Assembly (NCBI GenBank): GCA_038087875.1
Contig: CM075994.1
Coordinates: forward strand, 4,900,001 to 4,964,000
Reading direction: 5' to 3'
DNA from: Malacoraja senta
Lineage: Eukaryota
DNA: 64,000 nucleotides
The notes under the pieces were generated by a model. The model ran no database searches. It was not told the DNA's origin and saw only the letters and a list, made by a program, of their open reading frames with translations. The stretch's first letter is position 1. The number at the start of each line of letters is the position of its first letter. The translations under genes and the position numbers were made by a program. Of the stretch, positions 35,151-47,879 are shown in pieces.

Positions 35151-38139
35151 CATCGCTCCCAACCCTCTCTCATAAAGATCACTCCGTAGTTCTAGTCTCT
35201 CTAATTCTTACTATGTTACTTCCCCTACTGTTATCTGTGATTTCACACCGCTGCTTTGGAGATTGATGCGCATGCGGACTGGCGGAGCTTCACGTAATCG
35301 CTCATCGTAACACCTCATAAATAAAGATCGAACATCAAACTGGTAAGTTCTCGTTTAATCTTAGGAGATGCGCGGAGTAAACATTTACGCAGATGACAGT
35401 TAGTGCTTTAACAGCGTTTCAGTGGTGTTGGTGGAAGCAAGTATGGCAAGTGGCTTTAAGGCTATTTTTGACAGAAACAGAAATATGTAAGAATACAGGC
35501 AAACGGGAGTATCATAATTTTGCATCATGTGAAGGAAAAACGTCAAGGGACCAATTGACTGTTCTTATGCTGCACTGTTCTACGACGTATGTTGTATTGT
35601 TTTCAGGTATACATTATATCGATTACATTAGATCGTGCAATTTGTATCTCTAAAATATTCGGACATATATTTTCTGGCCGAGTAACGTCGGCATTAAAAA
35701 CAAATAATGCTGTAAATCACAAAATATACAACAAATTACATGCATGTAGAAATGGAGAATCCTGTACGTTTTCGATAAATTCGTGAGAGAGTATAATATC
35801 GCTATGGAGCTGTCGGGAGTCGATGGACCTGTCGTCACAACTGCAGCTGGAAGCACGTGTTCTTAGCTGCGAGAAAGATTCATGGTTATTAAGCAATCGG
35901 CGCTATATTACAGCAAGGAAATGTAAAATTATCCGTCAGGCTCCAATCACATATTTTTCACTGACAAATTGAACTGAATTATCCGATAGACCAATTCGGC
36001 TCCAGATTCGCATTACTGCCACGATTGGAAAATGCATTTGCAGCAACCAAGTAACAAAATCGTGGCAGTATCGTGTATTTAAAGGAGGAATCTCCTCTTG
36101 CATGAGCTGAAATCAACATCAGGATTTTCAGGCCAACACGTCTGAAGGGTAGTTTTGCGGGAACATAACGTTAATGCCAGGCCTACGGACATTTTCCTGA
36201 GAAATTATTTCAATAATCTTCTCGGGCTGAGACAATTGGCTTCCAATTATTGTATTAATTAATTTGTGTGAGAGCCCCTTTGGTCCATGCAACTGGAAGC
36301 CATTTGATTTCACTTACACAGGAGTATCGTACTATCGCATTTCGGGCAATCAGTACATGAAATTAATATGCTTTACTTTCAGCACCTTGGTACAAATCGA
36401 CACATTGAGTTTTCGTCGATTCAAAATGTATTGTGGACGAATGTTCACACCACGACTACATTTTCCATTGAAAAAACTATATTTTGCTCCAAAACTTTGT
36501 TCATCACAACGTTCCTTACTTTGCTGATGATCATGACAGTTTGACATGCCAATAAATCGCAGATTTGGATAGATTTCCTTCCGAAAATACAATTAATAGT
36601 TTGCGTTACAACGCCGCTATCATTGTCAATCACCTACAAACATATATAAACACAACATGTTTTGAAGCGACTGTAACACCTTATTTTGCTATGCAAAATC
36701 CATATCAATGGAGGATAACAAATTGTTACAATTCCCCATGAAATCATACAAATGGTTGACTAAAAGAAACATGATTGATGTATATTATGGTTAAAACCAT
36801 AATGGGTGCTGGTGGCAAGTAAAATAAGGTTATGCACTTGCCTTCGTCTTTTTGCTTCAGCAATTTGTCTGTTCGGAAAATACTTCATAGTTTTATTTTT
36901 ATGTTCACTAATTTCAGCTAAATTATTTTTTTAGCAGCCAATGCTTTGAGAACACTGTTACTGCAGAAAAAATCAAACGTTTTATTTTCACGGACAATAA
37001 ACAAACTAAATTAGTTTACACGTTCTTAAGGATACGTAGAGCTGCGTCAGTTGTTGAAATAGCGCACTGCACCCCATACTCCTTAGATACTATTGGAAAC
37101 GCTGTGATATTAAACGGATAAAACTTGAATAATTTCTTCATAACTTCTGAAACAATTGGCAGGAAATTAGGCAGTCAATTGAGTGTTTTGCGAGCATCTG
37201 AGTACGCCATCATTACAGCAGCACAGAAAATTCATATACACACATAATCGATGAATTTATCTCTGAATGACGAACAATTTCAGGATACAGCTTGCAAAAA
37301 TCTAAAATTATATATTGGTTTATCTGTCTTGCATTTCGGATTGTTTCAGATAAGTGGTTGTGTCTCGTATATTTTTTGTGTTCTCCTTGAGCAATGCCAT
37401 TCTTTTATGCCATCAACGAAGTTGCGTTAAGAGATGTGGCCTCTTTGGAAATACGATTATGTACATTAGCAATGTAAACCCATTCTACATGCAACGATGA
37501 CATGTCCAATTGAATGGGATCGGCGACAGTGATTGAAAAGACGAGCGGAGTTAATTTAGTTATGTTTACCTTACGATTAATGTAACGTTTTGGATTTCAT
37601 TTCCTGTATGTTATATAATTGTATATATGTATACTTGATTTTGTGATAATTTTAATATTTTAATATGCATTTTAATTATTTATCTCCTTGCCTCTTCCTT
37701 TAACAATTAGACGCCTTTAGTTGATAATGATCTTTACTGCGGAGACCCACGCAAATGAGGCAATCGGTTGCACGGCAGATTAATGTGCGGCGGTTTTCAC
37801 AGGAGGAGGTGGATCATACAAAGAAAATCATTCTCTACCTTTAATCAAAGCTGCCAGAAGCATAGATATTCGAAAGAATCTTGGACATTTCGAATGGATT
37901 ATTATCGATACAATTACCAAAAGTAATGTTAGGTAAGTGTATCGTGGCTTTGGAAGGTACAGGTTGGATAAATTACGTTCAGAATCACGGAAGACCTCAA
38001 TTCATGGAATCATGTAGGATACAAAAATGAGTTCTGGATCTAATCGCCCATAACGACCGTGGAGTCATTGTCTATTTGTCCCATGATACTTCTTTAGACC
38101 GGTATCCTACACATTTTCTAAATACATGCATGAAAATGC

Positions 38140-41100
38140 TACAGAAATAAAAATGCATTAAGCTGTTTGGCTTAGCCTGCTCTGTGCTTGAAACTGCAAT
38201 GGCAATGGAAATGAAATGAAAATGCAATGAGCTATTTGGCTTGGCCTGCCCTGTGCATGAAACTGCAATGGCAATCGTTTTGAAATGTAAATGCAATGAG
38301 CTGTTTGACTTGGCCTGCCCGTGCTTGAATCTGCAATGGCAATGGAAATAAAATTAAAATACTATGAGCTGTTTGCCTTGGCATGCCATGTGCTTGAAAC
38401 TGCAGTGGCACTGGAAATTAAATTAAAATACAATGAACTATTTGGATTGGTCCGCCCTGTGCTTGAAACTGAAATGCAATGGTAATGAAATGAAAATGCA
38501 ATGAGCTGTTTGGCTTGCCCTGCCCGATGCTTGAAACTGCAATGGCAATGGTAATCAAATGAAAATAGAATGAGCTGTTTGGCTTGGTCTGCCCTGTGAT
38601 TGAATCTGCAGTGGCAATGGAAATGAAATGAAAAAGCATTGAGCTGTTTGGCTTGGCCTGCACTGTGCTCGAAACCGCAATGGGAAAGGAAATGAAATGA
38701 AAATGCAATGAGATGTTTGGCTTGGCCTGCCCTGTGCTTGAAACTGCAATGGCAATGAAAATGAAATGAAAATGCAACCAGATGTTTGGCGTGACCTGTG
38801 TTTGGAACTGCAATGGCAATGGGATTGAAATGAAAATGCAATCCGCTGTTTGGCCTGCCCTGTGTTTGAATCTGCAATGGCAATGGAAGTGGAGTGAAAG
38901 TGCAGTGAGATGGTTGGCCTTTCCTGTGCTTGAAACTGCAATGTCAATGGATGTGAAATGAAAATGCATTAAACAGCAATGGCAATGCAAATGAAATTCT
39001 AATGCAATAAGCAGTTTGGCTTGGCGTGCCCTGTGCTTGAAACCGCAATGGCAATGGAAACTAAATGCAAATGCAATAAACTTTGAATAGGCCTGCTCTG
39101 TGCTTGTAACTGCAATGGCAATGGGAATGAAATGAAAAATCAATGAGTTGTTTGGCTTGGCCTGCCGTGTGCTTGAAACTGCAATTGCATTAGAAATGAA
39201 ATGAAAATGCAATCAGCTGTTTGGCATGGCCTGCCCTGTGCTTGAATCTGCAATGATAATGGAAATGAATTGAAAATGTTATGAGCTCTTTGGCTAGGCC
39301 TGCCCTGTACTTGAAACTGCAATGGCATTGGTATTGAAATTAAAATGAAATGAGATCTTTGGCCTGGCCTGCCCTGTGCATGAAACTGCAATGGCAATGG
39401 AAATATAAGGTAAATGCCAGTTGTTTGAATTGACCTGCACTGTGCTTAAAACTGCAATGGCAATGTGAATGAAATGAAAATGCAAGGTGCTGTTTGGCTT
39501 GGCCTGCACTGTGGTTGAAACCGCAAAGGCAAAGGAATTGAAATGTAAATGCAATCAGCTGTTTGGCTTGGCCTGCCCTGTGCTTGAAACAGCAATGACA
39601 TTGATAATGAAATGAAAATGCAACCAGCTCTTTGACCTGACCTGTGCTTGAAACTGCAATGGCAATGGAACTGGACTGAAAATGCAATCAGCTGTTAGGC
39701 CTGACCTGTGCTTGAAACTGCAATGGCAAAGGAAGTGTAATGAAAATGCAGTGAGCTGTTCGGCCTGCCCTGTGCTTGAAACTGCAATGGCAATTGATGT
39801 GAAATGAAAATGCATTTAAATTGCAATGGCAATGGAAATGAAACCAAAATGCAATGAGCTCTTTGGCTTGGCCTGCCCTGTGCTTTAAAGTGTAATGGCA
39901 ACGGAAATGAAATGGCAATGCAATGAGCTGTTTGAATTCGCCTGCCCTGTGCTTGAAACTGCAATGGCAATGGAAATAAAATGAAAATGGAATGAACTGT
40001 TTGGCTTGGCCTGCCTTGTGCTAGAAACTGCAATGACAATGGAAATCAAATGACAATGTCATCTGCTATTTGAATTGGTCTGCCCTGTGCTTGAAACTGC
40101 AATGGCAATGGAAGTGAAATGAAAATGCAGTGAACTGTTCCGCCTGCCCTGTGCTTGAAACTGCAATGGAAATGGAGGTGAAATGAAAATCCAGTGAGCT
40201 GTTCGGCCTGCCCTGTGCTTGAAACTGCAAAGGCAATGGAAGTGAAATGGAAATTGATTGAGCTGTACGGCCTGCCCTATACTTGAAACTGCAATAGCAA
40301 TGGAAATTAAATGAAAATGCAATGATATGTTCGTCCTGCCCTGTGCTTGAAACTGCAATGGAAATGGAAATTACATGAACATGCAATGAGCTTTTCGGCC
40401 TGCCATGTGCTTGAAATGGAAATGGAAATGAAATGAAATAATTTTGTTGGCCTGCATGAAACTCTAATAGGAGCCATGTGTGCCTTGTCGAGAAACCAGT
40501 CCCTTTTGCCCAAAATGCCCGTATTAGCAGAGGAGGAGAATTTTGGCTCAAAATGCCCGTGCCTGGCTAGGAAAGGTCTTGGAAAAGTGCCTTTCACTGA
40601 GTTTTCAAAATATTTATTTTTTAAAGAGATCCTTCGGCCCATCTGGCAGCTACAAGCCCAGGAGGAGCCCCTTCGGTCCATCAGTAAGTATTCCCGTTGC
40701 AAGTATTAAACCTCACCCCAGTATTTGTCTCCCTCCCTTCATTGGCTCCCTGTGAGATCCAAGCCAGGATAGCCTTCCCGCCTTCATTGCTGTGATATGC
40801 TGATGAAAAATGTGTAAAATTCATTCTCCACCCTCTCCCCTTCTCTCTCACAGTGTCTCTCACCCATTTTGGGCTGAATTTCGGGCAGTTTCTGATCTGC
40901 CATTCCACCAGGCCTGAGTGACTGAGCTGCCAGCCCACCGGTCCTGAGTGTCTGAGCTGCCAGCCCACCAGGCTGAGGTACTGAGATGTCAGCCCATCAG
41001 GTATGAGTGACCGAGCTGCCAGCTCAATAATCCATTCGGCCCGCAATGTCCATACTATCCCACTGGAAACCAGTCGCTTCGTCCAACAACCATACTAGCT

Positions 41101-41222
41101 CTCCAGAAAGTCGCTCACCCCACTGGCCACCAATATTGTAATTGCTGGAGAATTGGAATATTGCTTTGAGCGACCAGCCCTCCCGTGTGAACATGGGACG
41201 CAACGGGTCCCACTTAGTCTAG
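38140..41222 (+). mobile_element. Non-autonomous Helitron (5' end not found) with a 64-69-bp minisatellite
   Basis: 3' end gggacgcaacgggtccc hairpin + acttagtCTAG|T at 41222. Subterminal sequence is the reverse-complement homologue of 16600-16860. Confidence 0.78.
38150..40440. repeat. 64-69-bp minisatellite, about 34 copies
   Basis: Unit aatgcaatgagctgtttggcttggcctgccctgtgcttgaaactgcaatggcaatggaaatgaaatgaa; period 69 between 38221 and 38290. Confidence 0.93.
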
Positions 41223-43494
41223 TTTGTACCGGTACGCTATTAATGGTTCTCATCATAATTTGAGCATTTAAATGCATGATATCGCATTCTTCGATCGAAT
41301 TTTAATTTTCAATGTCAGTGAGCAATACAAAATACCTTTTCAAGGATCACCTATTGTTGCATTAGTTTTTGCTATCGAACGAAAATGTAATCATAACCAG
41401 CATTAACGTGTTCCCAAAATGTTATTCAACTGTTTCAACTTAAATTCCACAGGGGCAAAGTAACAACCAGGTAGATTTTGAAAAGGAAAACAAAAACAAA
41501 TTATAATCTAAGCATGTCAAATTACAGATCCTCAATATAATTTCATTTGTTCTATATCACTCTGTGTGTGTTGCATTTGCTCGCGATTTCAATCGCGATT
41601 GCGATCGTCTACGCTGGGGTGTAATAGGAACAGCCTGCTACTAAAAGAAAAAGTTCAATCATATGAAGTACAGCACTGTGATCGCTTTTCTTACCTTTGT
41701 CCTCCGTGGGTGTAGTAAAATTATCTGTATCTGAAGACCGGAAAGTATTTGAATAAATCCTGTATATTGTTAGTTACATCCACGACAAATATTTTTAAAT
41801 ATAGAAAGGAAAAAAGTGTAAAGGACTGGGGATGCGCATTAAGTATACCCAATGGAGCCTGAGCTGACAGAGGTAACAGCTAGTGAAATAAAAATATGAA
41901 CATTGCTTTTTGCACCGCCATTATTGCAATATTATTAATCATAAGAAATGGGCCTTCGAGACTGACCATCCGTTCAAAAATAATATTTGATTTTAGCCTG
42001 AATAGAAGAATGATAGAAACAAAGCCATTTTAGGAATGGTTCTATGTACCAAGATAATTTCTCTGGTATCATCTGTTTTACACCCGAATTAATATAAATC
42101 AACAGTCAATCAAATCCAGTTTTCGAGGTTTGCCTCAATATAAAAGAGAATAATATTTATGACAATAAAATGGAAACAATAATTCAATAATATACGGCAC
42201 AGGACCCGCCCACATCCTGATAGTCTCTGCTATATTTCTTAAGATGGTTGTGTCACATGATCGCGAAATATGCAGTCTTCTTCGCATGCAGCCACTAAAT
42301 TCAACATCCCAACAGACAAAACAGTATAACAATATACAATTTCGTAATACATTCATATTAGAAAGTCTTCAGATAATTAGGGAAAGAGCATTATCCAAAT
42401 AAGGCTAATAGTAAATGCAACCAAGAATATTACTTTACTTATCGATGTTCGAATTTATTATAACGTAACCACAATTGGACGACAGTAAAAGGCGAACAAC
42501 ACATAGACAATGCAAATTATAAGATTTGATGTGAATTTAGCTGCATAATTACTTCTAGGTCTCCGAAATGTGTTCTTGTCTTCTGACGTCGCAAAAAAAA
42601 ATGATGCAGTTTTGCATTACTTCCAAATATTCATGCCATTAAACACTAACAATTCATTTAAACTTGTGTAATGCCATGCCTTGTTGGTTAAAAACACAAC
42701 ATTATTGACCAGGGAAAATTACTTAAATTACTTAAATTAAATTAAAGATATATTTTTATAAAAGGCATTGACTTAAGATTATTAAAGGCACAATGTAATA
42801 AACAACATACTTCACAGTGAGGCCTACGCGCATGAAATACTTCGCGAAATGTTGATGAAATCATGGTTGGGAACATTGAGTGCCTGTAACGTTTTGCGTC
42901 TGGGTTCGATCATGTCGGAGTATCACGCGGCCATAAAACTGGAGGTTAGTTGAGATCACGACTACGGCGGGATTATGTCCAATATGAAACTGAAATGGAC
43001 GATCTGATACGTACAGTACAGGGAAGATGTCACATGAAATGTGAAAGATTCCCCAACACATACCGTTTCCGTCTTCGTGTTACGGTAAGAGGCCTTGAAG
43101 GCATCGGCATTTTTTGCTCTCCACGGGAAGTGCGGTCCTCGTTTCCTCGCGAATACTGAGAACTTAGTGTCACAAAATGAAATTCGCTCTACCTCAGTAA
43201 TTATTATGCTGGTTTTCATTTTGTGAATATAAACAATTCAGGCCTCACAGGAAGACTAATTGTTTCCTTAACCCACAGATGTGCCATAAATTAAGAGTCT
43301 GCAGTAAATTGCACCCAGTACATGGAGTGGCGGCCGCATTGCGATAGGGCGCGGCATTTGATGAGCATATGAACTTGAATACAGTGTAAGGAAACAATTA
43401 GTCGGATGGAATTGTCGGAATTGCACCGATAGCCAGGTATGTGCTCAAATTGCCTCATTTAGTGTGTTCAAAAGTGCATATTTTATTGGAGAAG

Positions 43495-43850
43495 AGATGG
43501 GCAATTCGGTCCATCGTGTTTGCTCTGCCATTCAATCATGATTGATACTTCTAACCCTCTCAACCCCATTCTCATGCCTTCTCCAGATAACCCCTGACAC
43601 GCGTACCAATCAAGTATATATCAATCTCCACCTTAAAGATATCCACTTATTTGACCTAAACAGCCTTCAATGGCAATGCATTCCACATATTCGCCACGCT
43701 GTGATTAAAGTAATTCTTGTTCATCTCCTTTCTAAATGTATGTCCTTTTAATCTGAGGCAACGGCCTCTGGCCCTAGACTCTTCCACTAGAGGAGACATA
43801 ATCTCCACAACTAATCTATCCCGGCGATTCACTATTCGGTAAGTGTCAAT
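43495..43850 (-). mobile_element. Old CR1 3' fragment
   Basis: ESRARGRCLRLKGHTFRKEMNKNYF..SVANMWNALP, the CR1 ORF2 C-terminus. Confidence 0.8.
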
Positions 43851-43939
43851 GTGGTCCCCTGTGGTTCCGAATAAAAACACAAATTCATAAAGTGATTCAG
43901 AACGCATTGTGCAATGTATGTTGTTGCTGATATATAAAT

Positions 43940-43949
43940 GTACATACAT

Positions 43950-43984
<35 letters not shown>

Positions 43985-44017
43985 CACACACATACACACA
44001 CACACACACACACACAA

Positions 44018-44100
<83 letters not shown>

Positions 44101-44171
44101 GGTATAAATATATGTGTGTGTGTATATATATGTGTGAATCTATATATACACAAATACATACACAGACACAT

Positions 44172-44208
<37 letters not shown>
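43940..44208. repeat. Compound (CA)n/(TA)n microsatellite
   Basis: Direct reading. Confidence 0.95.
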
Positions 44209-44209
<1 letters not shown>

Positions 44210-44543
44210 TCACCACTTCCAGCTTGCACTCTGCTTTGATTTTAGAAAAAAAAACGCTACCACATATGGCTGTGATTTTTTGGCCATCTTACTCAGAGTC
44301 CTCCTCCGCTGCGCAGGCCCCTCGATGATAAAAATAAAGAAACTTATAAGTGTTTAAAAAATCTTGTGATTCTATCTCATGTCAATCATCGCCATGCAGG
44401 CCACGCCCCTTTCGGTGGAAGGGGAGGAATCTAAAACCCGGAAGTGTGGGCGTGGCTCAGTTTGCTGCATGGTGGCGAGGGAGAGGTCACGACTATCTGT
44501 CTGAGCAGGAAACATGGGATCCAACTGGTCCCACTTAGTCTAG
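44209..44543 (+). mobile_element. Short non-autonomous Helitron without an array
   Basis: Body is the reverse-complement homologue of 17640-17905. Ends gggatccaactggtcccacttagtCTAG. Confidence 0.75.
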
Positions 44544-44544
44544 C

Positions 44545-44577
<33 letters not shown>

Positions 44578-44578
44578 C

Positions 44579-44637
<59 letters not shown>

Positions 44638-44669
44638 TGTGTGTGTGTGGGTGTGTGTGTGTGTGTGTG

Positions 44670-44746
<77 letters not shown>

Positions 44747-44768
44747 GTGTGTGCGTGTGTGTGTGTCT
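44545..44768. repeat. (TA)n(TG)n microsatellite
   Basis: Direct reading. Confidence 0.95.
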
Positions 44769-44846
44769 GCACACATTACACTTTAGCGTTTCGTCCTCAA
44801 ATCAAATGTTAAATTTCTTCAATGGGGCGCCTTTATATCTCAAATA

Positions 44847-44891
<45 letters not shown>

Positions 44892-44909
44892 CACTATTTG
44901 AGCTATAAA

Positions 44910-46935
44910 GGCGCCAATATTCCAATATTGCTGGCCAGTGGGGAGCGGCTTTCTTGAGGGCTAGCATGGTTTTGTGGGCCGAATGGACTGGTTTCCTGTG
45001 GGCTAGTTTGGACATTGTGGGCCGAATAGATTCGTGGCCTGGCAGCTCATTCATTGAGACCGCACATCCACACACTCACACTCACTCACACACTCACACA
45101 CACTCACACTCACACTCATATAAACATACACTCACATACACATATACACACACATATACATACACGCACACACGCACACACGCACAAGTATATTCACAAA
45201 CACACTCACACACACATACACTAAACAATACACTCACACACACATTCTCATACACACATACACATACACTCACACACACACACACACACACGGGCACACA
45301 TTCACACATGCACACACTCACACATGCACAAACTCACAAAAATACACACAGTCATATACACTCACACACACACTCAAACACACACACATACACACACACA
45401 TACACTCGCATACATGCACACACACTCACACACACGCACACACACTCACACACTCACGCATGCACACACTCACACATACACTCACAAACACACACACACA
45501 CTCACACATGCCCTCTAACACACATGCACACATATACTCACAAACACACACACACTGACATACACACATACACTCACACACACACACTCACACATACACT
45601 CACACACACACTCACACTCACACATACACTCACACACATGCAAAGACACACTCACGCACATACTCTCACACACACACACTCACACATATACACTCACAAA
45701 CACACGCTTACACATACATGCACACATACACACACAAACACACACACATATATACACACACACGCATATACTCAGACAAACGTACACACAGACACTCACA
45801 CGTGCACACACTCAAACACACACACAGGCACACACACACGCGCGCAAACACACACACTCAAACCAGACATACAATCACACACCCACACTCACTCTCACAC
45901 TCACAAACACACGCACACATACCCTCGCAAAAACACACACACACACACTCACACACACTTACGCTCACTCATAGACACTCCCACTCCCACATTCACTCAC
46001 ACACATACACACACATAGACTCATTTACATACACTCACACACTCATACACTCATAAACATATACACACATACATACATACAAACACACTCACAAACACAT
46101 ACACATACACACATATTCAGTCACACACACACTCACACACACACACACTCACACACACACACGCACACACGCACACACACTCATACACACACACTCATAC
46201 ACACACGCGCACACACACACACTCACACTCACACACTCGCACACACACAAACACATACACACACTCACTGACACACAACATATATATGTCAGTAAACTTT
46301 CTTGAATCCTCACACGGCTGAGCACGGCCTCTTCACTTAGGGGCTTCCGCACTGAGCGGTACTACCGCAATCAGCGTGACCACTGCACGTACCGGCATTT
46401 CCGCAATCAGTGCGACCTCGGTATTCACCGGAAAGTAAGCAATCAGCGCGACCTGACCACTAAGCAGAAGTCGCGGAATGAGCGGGACTTTTGAACCAAA
46501 CACAGTTGGACCCAATAAAGCATTTATTCCTTCCAAACACAGTCGTACCTTATAATGCATTGCAGTTTCAAGCACATCAGGGCAGGAGGCCAACAACTCA
46601 TGGCATTGTCATTAAAGACTAACAAATCATGTTTGCAGGTGCATTGCAGACTCACAGTTCAGTTGATTCGCAGCTTAGAATGAGAGTCGTGGCGTCTCCT
46701 CTCGCGATCTTGCTGAGTGACTAAATCAGGCCCAAGCATCCGGGGTTTTATAGTCCTGCGAACCCTCCCAGTGAAGCAGTGTTACCTTCATCGCGGTGAG
46801 TGACATGCGAGAGGAATTCAAGGTTTTTTAAACACTCATAACTTTTTTAATTTTCATCGATGGGAAAAATCCTCGGTGCCTGCTCAGCGGAGCAGGACTG
46901 CGAGTAAATGGCCAAAAATAATAGCGATATATGGT
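44910..46935 (-). mobile_element. Helitron-family fragment carrying a 1.2-kb degenerate (CA)n tract; both termini missing
   Basis: 44910-45050 resembles 16670-16870. 46640-46930 resembles 17590-17860 and 19420-19660. Confidence 0.68.
45065..46280. repeat. Degenerate (CA)n low-complexity tract
   Basis: Direct reading; source of the His/Thr-rich spurious ORFs. Confidence 0.95.
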
Positions 46936-47336
46936 ATATTGTGAATAAATTGAACATTTGATTTGAGGACGAAATGTAAAATTATAATATTTCCAAAGAT
47001 TCAACCGGACCAGGTTTTTACTGTTTATTTCAGTTTGATCATTCAATTGGTTAAGGAATATTGTGTCACTTTGCGTAAACCATGAAATCAAGCTGGTCTC
47101 TTGAAAATAGATCAAGATAAATTAATTTAATGTTCCAACTTGCACCCCGACATTTATTTTTGTCGCTGAAACCTTACATTTTCCAAGGCTTAACCAGAAA
47201 TACAGAAGCAATCATTAGCGGGTCTGTTTTATATTACCAATTTGTTTGCGAAGATATCTAATTTCTGAGGAGAAATAAAAAAATAATAAAATGATTTAGA
47301 ACCATCTCTCACTCCTTCTATCTCCTTCCCTCTTTG

Positions 47337-47339
<3 letters not shown>

Positions 47340-47415
<76 letters not shown>

Positions 47416-47501
47416 CTCTCTCTCTGTCGCTCTCTCTCTCTCTCTGTCTGTATGTATATCTGTCTGTCTGTTTGTCTGCCTCTGTCTGTCTGTCTGTCTG
47501 A

Positions 47502-47545
<44 letters not shown>
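47340..47545. repeat. (TC)n/(TCTG)n microsatellite
   Basis: Direct reading. Confidence 0.95.
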
Positions 47546-47548
<3 letters not shown>

Positions 47549-47879
47549 TATTTTTGTAATACTATTGTTATTAGAGGCAGGTACATATCATATTGAAAAC
47601 AGTTCATGTATATAATTCCTACATTACTAATATTATCGATTGATATTAACTCTGCTTCTGTTATTTTTTTATTTTTTTATATAGGCAGAAAATAAGAGAG
47701 TAAAGAAATAAGGGGAAAAAACATGATAAAGAAGAATGGAATCATTTACTAAAAGTACAACATTGGAGATAAATTCGTAAATTTTAAAATATAACTTTTC
47801 ATCTTGTCCTTAATTCGAGTTTCAGTCCGTTTCTCGTGCCGAACCAGTCTGTCCCTTCAAATTGTCAATAAATGGAGAC

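Larger units (their letters stand above)
30425..35363 (+). mobile_element. DIRS1-type tyrosine-recombinase retrotransposon; termini intact, ORFs decayed
   Basis: Left end ttttacttcggagtcacgtgagtgattccgtgaagccccgcc. ICR complementary to both ends. Right ITR gcgcatgcggactggcggagcttcacg. Methyltransferase-like remnant (PPFCLISRV). YR remnants (WDIDIVL, LMALVSAQRVQSLH, KSHST, terminal FY). Confidence 0.88.

Noticed and set aside
38072..40551. His/Phe-rich minus-strand ORFs
   Set aside because: Translations of the 64-69-bp tandem array.
43656..46352. HT/CV/IY-rich ORFs including a 354-aa frame
   Set aside because: Dinucleotide microsatellite translations.
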